Made by a program: the position numbers and the translations under genes
NCBI GenBank assembly: GCA_964016885.1
Contig: OZ024740.1
Span: forward strand, 373,922,001 to 373,986,000
Length of the DNA: 64,000 nucleotides
Direction of reading: 5' to 3'
Source: Eledone cirrhosa
Lineage: Eukaryota
In this document: piece after piece, positions 53,178 through 64,000 of the stretch
How positions within the stretch are numbered: position 1 is the first letter of the stretch
How the letters are laid out: each line of letters begins with the position of its first letter
The notes under the pieces: generated by a model
What the model was told of the DNA's origin: nothing
Database searches by the model: none
The model's input: the letters and a program-made list of their open reading frames with translations, nothing else

Positions 53178-54998
53178 TGAGAATAAACGTGCTCCGTGGT
53201 TGCTAATGGGTTACATATGAATAAAGATAGTCCTTCATCAGTAATCTTCCAACCATCATTGGTATTTCATCGCTTTAAAGACCATACACCTCCGATTGTT
53301 GCGAGCAACGGCTAAAAAAGTCGTTGGGACACGTAAATAAAGGGGACACGAGAGTGTAAACAAACAAAGATGGTGAAGCAACGAAAAGTGAGGAAGAAAG
53401 AGTTAAGTCCCAAATTTACATGAATATAAGTTCGGTGAAATCGTGAACCAGAGAGAATAAAGACCCTCAAACCTGGTTGGAATATGAGCAAGGAAGGAAT
53501 TCCGTACAGGTCTAACGGGAGGAAGAAGGAATCTAGTCAGTGAATTCGTTGAACATAAGTTCTGTGAAATCGTAGACGAGAGAGAGAAAAAAAAGCCGAA
53601 CCTGCCTGACCAAGGGTGCGAAAGAAAAGAATTACGCACAGGTGAAACGGGAAGAAGGAGGAGGAGAGGTAGTAAAAGAGAGTGAGTGAGTGAAGGGTGA
53701 GGAATAGGCTAACAGAGAGAGTGATTGTTAGAGGGGGTAAATATACAGAGAAAGAGGAAGCAGTAAGAACGAAATAGACGGGTCACAGAGGGCGAAAAAA
53801 AATGTGTAAACATGAGAACAAACGTGCTGCCGCGTTGCTAATGTGTTACATATGAATAAAGTTAGTCCTTCATCAGTGATCTTCCAACCATCATTGGTAT
53901 TTCATCGCTTTAAAGACCATATACCTCCGGTTGGTGCGAGAAACGGCTAAAAAAAGTCGTTGGGACACGTAAATAAAGGGGACACGAGAGTGTAAACAAA
54001 CAAAGATGGTGAAGCAACGAAAAGTGAGGAAGAAGGAGTCAAGTCCCAAATTTCCATGAATATAAGTTCGGTGAAATCGTGAACGACAGAGAACATTCCA
54101 ACCAGGTTTGATGGTCTTTATTCTCTCTCGTTCACGATTTCACCGAACTTATATTCATGGAAATTTGGGACTTGTCTCCTACGTCCGCACTTTTCGTTGC
54201 TTCACCATCTTTGTTTGTTTACACTCTCGTGTCCCCTTTATTTACGTGTCCCAACGACTTTTTTTAGCCGTTGCTCGCACCAACCGGAGGTATATGGTCT
54301 TTAAAGCGATGAAATACCAATGATGGTTGGAAGATCACTGATGAAGGACTAACTTTATTCATATGTAACCCATTAGCAACGCCGCAGCACGTTTATTCTC
54401 ATATTTACACATTTTTTTCCCCGCTGTGACCCGTCTATTTCGTTCTTACTGCTTCCTCTTTCTCTGTATCTTTACCCTCTCTAACAGTCACTCTCTCTGT
54501 TAGCCCCTTCCTCACCTTTCACTCACTCACTCTCTGTTACTACCTCTCATTCTCACCCTTCTACCCGTTTCACCTGTGCGTAATTATTTTCTTTCGCACC
54601 CTTGGTCAGGCAGGTTCGCCTTATTTTTCTCTCTCTCGTCTACGATTTCACAGAACTTATGTTCAACGAATTCACAGACTAGATTCCTTCTTCTTCACGT
54701 TAGGCCTGTACGGAATTCCTTCCTTGCTCACATTCCAACCAGGTTTGATGGTTTTTATTCTCTCTGGTTCCCCATTTCACCGAACTTATATTCATGGAAA
54801 TTTGGGACTTAACTCCTTCTTCCTCACTTTTCGTTGCTTCACCATCTTTGTTTGTTTACACTCTCGTGTCCCCTTTATTTACGTGTCCCAACGACTTTTT
54901 TAGCCGTTGCTCGCACCAACCGGAGGTATATGGTCTTTAAAGCGATGAAATACAAATGATGGTTGGAAGATCACTGATGAAGGAATAACTTTATTCAT
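53178..54998. mobile_element. Mirror-image array of a ~635 bp non-coding tandem unit in (TA)n (non-autonomous PLE or retrozyme-like)
   Basis: Unit 53178-53812 and partial unit 53813-54093, an inversion point at ~54094, then a reverse-complement partial unit 54094-54400 and unit 54401-54998. Confidence 0.85.
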
Positions 54999-55107
54999 AT
55001 ATATATATGTATATCTATATATATAAAAATATATACATACACACACACACACACATACACGCACATACACACACGCACACATACCCATACATACATGCAC
55101 ACACACG

Positions 55108-55145
<38 letters not shown>

Positions 55146-55369
55146 AATATAATATGTGTGTGTGTGTGCGTGTATGTATGTGCATGTGTCTGTATGTGTG
55201 TGAATGTGTGTGTGTGTGTGCATGCGTGTGTGTATGTATGTGTGTGTATGTCTCAATAATTTTATTTAAAGTGTATTTCTGAACAGGAAACAGAAGTTGG
55301 TGGTGAGAAAATATATAGTTGTGTACGTATGGTTTTGTGCATGTGATTGTGTGCGCATGATTTTGAGTG

Positions 55370-56377
55370 TGCCTCATGGACATGTGTGTGAAACTAATTC
55401 AGGTGTCTTGATGGGGGACATTTTAGTGAACATTAGGGTGTATTTGTACATATGCGGCTGTGTGTTTTTATATAATTATTTCTAACCACACACAGTCGGA
55501 GGCAGTATGTAGATGGAACATCGCTTGTTGAATACACAGGCATATACTCGCACATATATAGTTACATTCGGATGATCTACATATGTTGTAAACTCTGGAC
55601 CGAATTACTATCTACGGATAATCCACTATCTTTATAACCCCTAGACAATCGAGGCATTTGAAACCGATTGGACTAACTTCTACGGTAGATATGCACATGT
55701 AGTGACTCCTCGCCCGATGTGTGTTTTTTCAGGAACTAAACCATTTTTGTTATGTATTTTTGCTTTAGCCTGATCATGCATTAACCCCGCTTTGCTTGTG
55801 TTTGGCTTGTATTTACGTGGTACCTGTTTATATACAGATTTAGCACCCATGGTCCACATAATGCTGTAACCTACTAGTATACCTTGATTATGTATAATAT
55901 GGGGAGGAATAAAATCCCATTTGAGCTTTCTGAAGATACCTTGGGAGCCTTTTAGTATTTCTATAACTTTAAGTTCTGGAGAGCTAAATCACGTGTTATA
56001 TATAGTGACCAACGTATTGTTTCCTCTGCTTCTGTGTGCTTTAAAAAATTTTCTTTTTTCTTTTTTAATTTTATTTATTTTGTTATCTTTTTATATTGTT
56101 ATTTTCCGTTTAATTTTTATTATATGTTTTAACTAGTGTATATACCTTTTGCATTTATGTGGCCTCATGTGATTCTGCAATGCACTCTCTTTATACACGC
56201 CATTCACGATCTCCCTCTATTTTATTTCTAATGTTCATGTGTCCAAGCTCGGTAGAGATTATACTCAGCACTGTATTTTTGTTTATAAAGCTATGATGAT
56301 TCCTGTCCAATGGTATGGATGAAACATTGTCAGCAAATAAAAATTGTATGAGTATGTAGGCGTTCTCTGATTTATTT

Positions 56378-56380
<3 letters not shown>
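55370..56380 (+). mobile_element. Probable old Neptune/Poseidon-type PLE 3' fossil
   Basis: Traces HVCET, HFSEH and MIY.L.TLD. Hammerhead fold GCU-aUGAUGA-uUCC...GGAu-GAAA-CAUUG-UC-AGC at 56290-56334. Ends at (TA)n. Confidence 0.45.
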
Positions 56381-56436
<56 letters not shown>

Positions 56437-56438
<2 letters not shown>

Positions 56439-56627
56439 CGAAGGAAATGTGGTAAGGAACCAGGTGGACCATAACGCACCAAAGTAATCAATACTTGGGG
56501 TAGTAGAGTGGGTAATAGGAACCAGTAAGACCCCGACGGCTGAGTTCAAGCCGTTTCGACGGCTAGTTCTGGACTAAGAATTAGCCGTCGAAACGGCTTG
56601 AGCTCAGCCGTCGGGGTCTTACTGGTT

Positions 56628-56632
<5 letters not shown>
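56437..56632. mobile_element. Miniature inverted pLTR pair (family K)
   Basis: About 56515-56566 is a near-perfect reverse complement of 56582-56633. The tail is on the left only. (TA)n on both sides. Confidence 0.85.
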
Positions 56633-56698
<66 letters not shown>

Positions 56699-56827
56699 AT
56701 GGAATTATTACTCCACAATAGCACCACCAACTACAAAATCAAAGACGGTTTAACTGCTTTACGTTGAGTACTCTCTATATTATTACATTACGATTGACCA
56801 TACATAATTGACCAGCTCTATCCAGAA

Positions 56828-56921
56828 AATGTGGTAAGAAGACGGGTGGACAATAACGCACCAGAGTACTCTATACTCTAGCTGTCGAAACTACAGGCGA
56901 TCAGCCGTCGGGGTCCTCACT

Positions 56922-56925
<4 letters not shown>
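56828..56925. mobile_element. Family K tail/inverted fragment
   Basis: aatgtggtaag...gtggacaataacgcaccagagtact joined to tagctgtcgaaac...cagccgtcggggtc. Confidence 0.6.
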
Positions 56926-56958
<33 letters not shown>

Positions 56959-58284
56959 TTTAATTATTTATATATATATATATATATACATATAATTATA
57001 TATATATCGACACAGACATATATATCTGTATGTATGTATGTATGGTATGTATGTATTTATGTACGCATGTATATATGCATATATATATATTCATTCCTGA
57101 CTTCATACGAGAAAAAAATACAAATCTATTCTATTTATGGCCAACAAGTCTACATGATAATTAAAGGGATGTTTTTCGATTGCCCTCCAGGAATGTTTTC
57201 AATTTGTATTTTATTTATTTTTAGATTTCATATTTAAACAAAAAATGCAATATTTGTTATATAAATATTTTTTTTGCTATTCTAATTATAAGGTATCTTT
57301 TGTTAATAATTTTGAATTGCGCTATAATTTCTCTTTTCTTATATATTCTGAAATAAAGTTAATTTTGGATTGCAATACAACTTTGTTGAAGTGATTTGAG
57401 ATATATTATTTTTTTATATTATCAAAATGTTAAGTGCATCAGACGATACGCCGAATTAGTTAACATCGTTTGAAGTGTATACTAATTTTGTGAAGTTAAT
57501 ATTTTACTTGTCTTCAAATCTGTATTCTATCATTTCTCTATAGAATTTGCAATATAATGAACATTACAATTGTTTTGTTTACAAATGCGTACATTTACTA
57601 AAAAACTATATTCTATTGTTTTAAATGTGATGCAAAACTCTCATATCACATACTAGAGCGTAAATGTAAAAATGAATATGTTTCTAATCTTGCGGAATTC
57701 ATCCCGGAACTAAATACATAATCTGCTCAATTAACATATGCAGTAGATTCAATGTTGTGTCCGTTACAATATATCTACTATTATGATGTATGTTACAGCA
57801 TTAAACAACACGTTTCTGGTTTTAGAGAATAAGCCAATAATTATTCAGCTGCATGTTACAATAGTACCAGAAGCGGAAGTTATCAGAAATGACTGTTTGT
57901 CTTAAATTGGGAGCGAGACAGAATTTCTTAATTATGCAAATTACATTACCTGGCACTGGTTTGAATTTATAATCCTAGCCGATCCCTGGTTTTCCGTTCA
58001 CAGTGAAAATGTACCACAAGGGGCATGCATTAGTCAATGTCTAATGCATTAAAGTACCCTTAAATATCGTAATACATAAATGTACACCGTTTGTTCAGGG
58101 CAGAGCGAATTTAGTTACAACCAAGAAGAATAACATGATAAAACAAAATAAAATGTTGCATGCATGCAGACACAAACAGATACATTCAAATACATTTACA
58201 CATACATATATTCACGTACAAGCACACACTCACGCACGCACGCACACACACACATACACACACACACGCGCGCGCGCGCACACG

Positions 58285-58355
<71 letters not shown>

Positions 58356-58400
58356 ATACACCCCCACACACACACATATATATATATATATAAATATATT

Positions 58401-58541
58401 TAGTAATAATAATAAATTTGGAGACTAAAATCCAAAGAGGGCTCGATAAGGATAAATATATATCAAACATATAAGAACCGTACAGCGAATATTTATTAAA
58501 ATAACAGATTCTTTGCTTAAACTTTAATCTGTTATTTTAAT
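58401..58541. mobile_element. Minimal family C fold-back element (tail plus 18 bp inverted repeat)
   Basis: Matches 14359-14465. ttattaaaataacagatt / aatctgttattttaataa. Confidence 0.75.
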
Positions 58542-58543
58542 AA

Positions 58544-58650
<107 letters not shown>

Positions 58651-59537
58651 AAGGAGTTGTGGTGGGAACCATATGGCCCAAAATGCACCAGAGTACTTAA
58701 TAATTAGTGGAGTATATATATATATTAAAAAGGAAACGGAGATACAATAAACACAAAGCCTCATTAGTGTCACGCTTGTTGGAAAAGGAAATGACATGTC
58801 TCAACATTTTTGACGTTAACCCTTCATCAGGAGGACTAAAGTCAATAGCAGCAGCTGGTTGGAAGGTTTAAAAAACAAAATATTGCCTATGATGAAGTGT
58901 GAAATGTGCGGTTGAGTACGTGTCTGAGTTTTGTGTATTTCGTATGGGAGTTCATTTTTGTATGTGCATGTGTGTGTATGTGTGTGTGTGTGGGTGGGTG
59001 TGCGCGGGGGGGGGTATGTGTGTGTGTGTGTGTATGGGTATGTGTGTGTATGTGTGTGTGCATATGTGTCTGTTCGCTTGCGTGTGGGCATACGTGTGCA
59101 TGCATGAGAACAATAGTTATGGTATTTGCAATTGTGTACATATCTATTGTTGTAGGCACAAGTTGAATGTTTTTCTGCTTAATGATATACAGTTAAACAA
59201 ATTTCAAATCTTTAACAACAACACTTTTTTCATTGAATCGCATGATGATTACACAGCTAAATGTCTACAGGGAAAATTGCAAAGCCATTAGTTTTAGAGA
59301 AATTCACATTTACATATATATAATCGATGCAAGCATTCTCGAGTCGAGCACACTTACATTGAAACTTTCACACATACATGAAAGCACATAAACATATGAA
59401 ACTTTACAGTTAGAATGAATATATAAAATAGTTACAATATGAAAGAGTACTACTAGAGTGTTCAAGATAAAATCCCAATAAAATGTAACCAAAGGAGAAC
59501 AGATACTGTCCGGATAATCATCGGTCAGCAGTTTCAA

Positions 59538-59730
59538 TATAATTGTTTCTACTTTTGCCACAAGGTCAGCATTTACCCAGTGCATTACTGGTACTTTATT
59601 TTATCGACACCGTAAGGATGACAGGCAAAGTTAACCTCGGCGGGAGTCGAACTCAGAACTAAGGTTTTTACATACTCTATGCGTTAAAGCATGGCGTCCG
59701 ACCCTCTACCGATACTGCCAACGCACCGCC
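59538..59730 (-). mobile_element. tRNA-derived SINE (octopod-type), near full length
   Basis: The reverse complement has A-box TGGCAGTATCGG and B-box GTTCGACTC. Same body as 18366-18553. Confidence 0.85.
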
Positions 59731-60625
59731 AATCAATATAATACTAAAAAATAGCAACTGTATGCTGAACGAATGAGGAATCTGCAGATACTCCATCTTG
59801 ACTATGTCTTTGGGGCTCATGGATATGTAACTACCGCAGTACAAATGCTGAGAAGCTGAGCTTCACAGAACCAGCTCGAGCATAGCTAGTTAGGAAATTG
59901 CAATTAACGTAACTTTAAATACATGTAACGCATTTCAGAAATTCGGCTTATACATGTGTATGTATACAGAGACATATGCACTTGAACATATATAACTCTA
60001 ATCCTACACATCCATTGATGCTATAACACGTACACGTACACGTAAATAGATACATATATGCATACGTATTTATCAATTTGATGTCTAAATTCCGATGAAA
60101 GAAACTTGTTTCTAGGTTAGAAGCCTGCTTTCCCTCTCTACCAGTGAGAATTTATGAAATAATAAAATCAGATATATACATACATGCATGCGTGCATACA
60201 AACATACATACATTCATGAATACATACATCCACACCTACATACACACTCGCAAATATACATACATACAAACATAAATACATGCATACGTACAAGCATATC
60301 AACCTGCTCAAGTATAGTAACTTTCAACATTGGCATGATACCTGTGATATGAAAAGTGTGGAAGTTACAATACATTTACATCTTTTTTCAAACCAATTTT
60401 CTATAGCATGTTGAGTATATTTGAATTGCTGTATGCATCAACATGTCAAAATTGGCTGCGTAAGCATGTTCACCTGTTATTTATCCATCGGGGATTATTT
60501 GCTTCTGGACTGAATTGATAAGGAAATGAACACCGAGGATTATGCGATGCTTAAGTTTCAGTAAATGAAAAAATATCTAGAGTATGATATTCTCAGTAAA
60601 CATCTGTATTAAATATGAATAGAAA

Positions 60626-60711
<86 letters not shown>

Positions 60712-60723
60712 ATAGTAGTAGTA
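60626..60723. repeat. (TAG)n microsatellite
   Basis: Direct reading. Confidence 0.95.
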
Positions 60724-61416
60724 GGAGGAGGAGGAAGAGGGGAAGGCGGAGGAGGTGAAGCAGCAGTAGCAGCACCAGCAGAAATTGTAGTAGTAGTTCT
60801 AGTAGCTGTAGTTGTTATTTGTCCTATCTTTTTTTTTCAGTGTGGATGCGCTGTCTCGAACCTATGATATAACATGTACAGTATTTCATCAGTCCTGAAA
60901 GAGGAAATGCAGAGCTGACTTCGCTACAATTTGAACTTGGAAGAATTACCACAATCCGTTAGACCAGTGATCAAGTAATCTTACAAATACACCGGCATCT
61001 CTCAATAACTCCCAAGGCATATGAAAAGCAATTTATTCAGAGAAAACTATCAACGTTGAAGGCGAGAGCTAAAATGTGTGCGGAATGAGAACTTGTTTAC
61101 ATATATATATAACGCCTATCTTTTTAATTCTTTATGTAGAAGATTGATCAGTGAATAATCGTAGCATACGTATGAAGTTAAGACATAAATAATAAATGTA
61201 TTATTAAAACATATAAATATAGTAAATGTCCTTGATATTTCATAAATCAATGACATATGCATATTTTTTTCAAATTCTATTAATTACTTACTCACATTCT
61301 ACCTCAGCATCTGCCTCATCTTGTGTATGTGCATGTGCATATACATATCCATACACACGAACGCACTCACGAATGTATATATATATACATATATATACAC
61401 ACACGAACGCTCTCAC

Positions 61417-61530
<114 letters not shown>

Positions 61531-61656
61531 GGACAGACACATATATACATAGATAAATAGATTTAAAGATACATTGAAATATGTATATTTGTGAGGATTT
61601 GAAATGTGATTCCATAGAAGGATTCTTTTCGAGTTTTATTCATTGTATGCTTCGTT

Positions 61657-61853
61657 AGGCGTTGGATTCGCAGTATTGGTAGTGCGTCGAACGCCATATT
61701 TTGCGGCACAGGGTTAAAGCCCTATATGGTATGAGTTTAAATCCCCCGGGGGTTTTAATAATTTTTTTTTTTAGACTTACTTATTCACTGGGGTCAATTT
61801 AATCGACTCAAACCTCTCAAAACTTGCAGGCCGTGTGCCTAAATGAGAACCCA
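61657..61853 (+). mobile_element. Degenerate tRNA-SINE of the same family
   Basis: ggcgttggattcgcagtattggtag...gagtttaaatccc...ggccgtgtgcctaaa. Confidence 0.6.
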
Positions 61854-61912
61854 TCATTTTACTACTGCAATATTGACTACTCTACAATCATTGCTGTATA
61901 TAGCACACTCTA

Positions 61913-62019
<107 letters not shown>

Positions 62020-62408
62020 TTAAAACAATGAAATTAAACAAAACGATTAATTCACATTAAACTCATTATGCTACCATAGTTTCTAGGGGGTAGCTCCCCG
62101 TATGTCCATTTAATTATTGATCTATGTAAAATATTACAAAATATCATAGTAAAAAAAAATGCATACGTCTTCACTACCCGCCATCTTCGGAAATAATGAG
62201 TTTTGTTTATTGAAGAATACATAAAAACATACATTTGAATCAGTAACGTTTTATAAACATGTTGATAATGACCAATTGCAAGAATAGGAAGGGGCAGTAT
62301 AGATCTCTTAGGTTGGTAGTAGTAGATGAATAAATAGGCCGTCAGGGGATAAGGTATCAAATGACATTTAAGAAAAGAAAGTTGTTAGTGTAAATGAATT
62401 TAGATATA

Positions 62409-62797
62409 TCTTTATATATATAAACGCGAGGACGTGTGTGTGTGTACAATTTGGATACCTAAGGCTTTTACAATGACCAACCGAAATTGACCACATTTTC
62501 TGTGCACGTTCCACAGCTCGCTAATATGTTCACATCACAAAAAATATTCCAATCAACCCAGGTTAAGCAATACAATCTCGATATCAAATTATCGGTAGCA
62601 AAATTGATGTAAGAAAGATAACCAACTTTATTGACAATCCTTATAAAAAACGGGAGATAACCAACTGCATTGACAATCCCTATAAAGAGACTGCTTATTT
62701 TGACAGGTTGGGGACAAATAATGTTCTTCTTTTACTTCCTAGCTATATATTATTAGCATCATTTCAAACAACGAGCAACGCTGGGTAAATCTGCTAG
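62409..62797 (+). mobile_element. Non-autonomous Helitron-like element
   Basis: A|TCTTTATATATATAAA 5' end; cgagcaacgctgggtaaatctgCTAG|T 3' end; A-T insertion site with no TSD. Confidence 0.7.
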
Positions 62798-63294
62798 TTG
62801 TATATAAAAGTGTTGATGGTCAAAGAAGATTACTGCTGAGTAAGAGGGGTACTGATATTAGTGTGTTATGTCAAGTAGAATGGTATAGAACCATCTTAAA
62901 ATGTTTGTTATTTCCTTGTTGTGAGGAATAATTAGTTCTAAAAACATATATAATATAATATAAATTAATAAGTTGAGGAATATAAATGTAACCACATGGA
63001 AGTGAAATTTAGATATAATATAGATAAAATATTTTATAGGTAAGAAAATACTAAATTTGTGTAAGTATTGTATTGTGTTAGAGTGGTTAGAATGAATTTC
63101 TCCTTGTAGGGAATTATATTTTCGAATAAGAATCTACATTACTAATCTGTGTTTTTTTTTTAAAGGGAAGTTTAAATGGATATCAGTTAAAAGTTTTGTT
63201 AGATTATTAAAAATAATGTAATATATAGTGCTAAATTATAGTTAATTACTTAAAACAGTTATAGGGATGAGTATAGGATTTAATCCATGTATTA

Positions 63295-63314
63295 ATTCTA
63301 GTTAGCAGAAAATA

Positions 63315-63346
<32 letters not shown>

Positions 63347-63403
63347 TTTACACCCGCATATATATACACACATATATACACGTGTATATACACACACATA
63401 CGT

Positions 63404-63466
<63 letters not shown>

Positions 63467-63541
63467 TATATAGAGAGAGAGAGATTTACACCCGCATATA
63501 TATACACACATATACACACATGTATATACACACACATACGT

Positions 63542-63612
<71 letters not shown>

Positions 63613-63702
63613 TGTGTGTGTGTACGTATGTGTGTGTATATACATGTGTGTATATGTGTGTATATATATGCGGGTGTAAATCTCTCTCTATATATATATA
63701 TT

Positions 63703-63735
<33 letters not shown>

Positions 63736-63846
63736 ACGTATGTGTGTGTATATACATGTGTGTATATGTGCGTATATATATGCGGGTGTAAATCTCTCTC
63801 TCTCTATATATATATGTATATATATATATTTTCTGCTAACTAGAAT
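63295..63846. repeat. ~550 bp palindrome of tandemly duplicated microsatellite-derived units centred on (TA)n
   Basis: attctagttagcagaaaa / ttttctgctaactagaat ends. Two gagatttacacccgc units per arm. Confidence 0.9.
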
Positions 63847-63850
63847 ATAC

Positions 63851-63881
<31 letters not shown>

Positions 63882-64000
63882 CACATACACATACTATATA
63901 CACACACACACAAATACATGTACACTCACATATGTATTTACATGGGCATACACTTATGCATACACATACATATACACCCACACATAACATATAGACATAA

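Noticed and set aside
54290-54352. Type II hammerhead in the 635 bp monomer
   Set aside because: Stem I and stem II can be drawn, but GAAA, stem III and UH cannot be placed.
58790-58835. Minus-strand CUGAUGA...GAGA-CAUG-UC hammerhead
   Set aside because: GAAA is mutated and stem I does not pair; too degenerate to call.

Overview
AT-rich, microsatellite-saturated eukaryotic DNA. The SINE families and repeat landscape suggest an octopod cephalopod; this is an inference. There are no prokaryotic features, and almost all ORFs in the track are (TA)n/(CA)n artefacts. Real content: (1) a Tx1/L1-like LINE 3' end whose (TTA)n tail is followed by two head-to-tail Dong/R4-like RLE non-LTR retrotransposons, one with an intact 1130-aa ORF (5903..9295, -). 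(2) The dominant signal is a dense population of Penelope-like element (PLE) insertions in (TA)n. These include three Hydra-clade-type RT/GIY-YIG remnants, two probable Neptune-type fossils and many non-coding inverted pseudo-LTR (pLTR) pairs. Together they carry about 20 type I hammerhead ribozyme folds in several families, some with family-specific non-canonical cores (CCGAUGA, CAGAAGA, CUGAGAA, U-U-closed stem II). Most pairs have a long-tail arm and a short arm joined to (TA)n by microhomology. (3) Several fold-back palindromes, including a SINE insertion that copied its own target flank. (4) tRNA-SINEs, two non-autonomous Helitrons, and RTE and Dong fossils. (5) A phase-consistent chain of small exons of an unidentified minus-strand host gene. 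All folds, alignments and boundaries were read by eye and are approximate.
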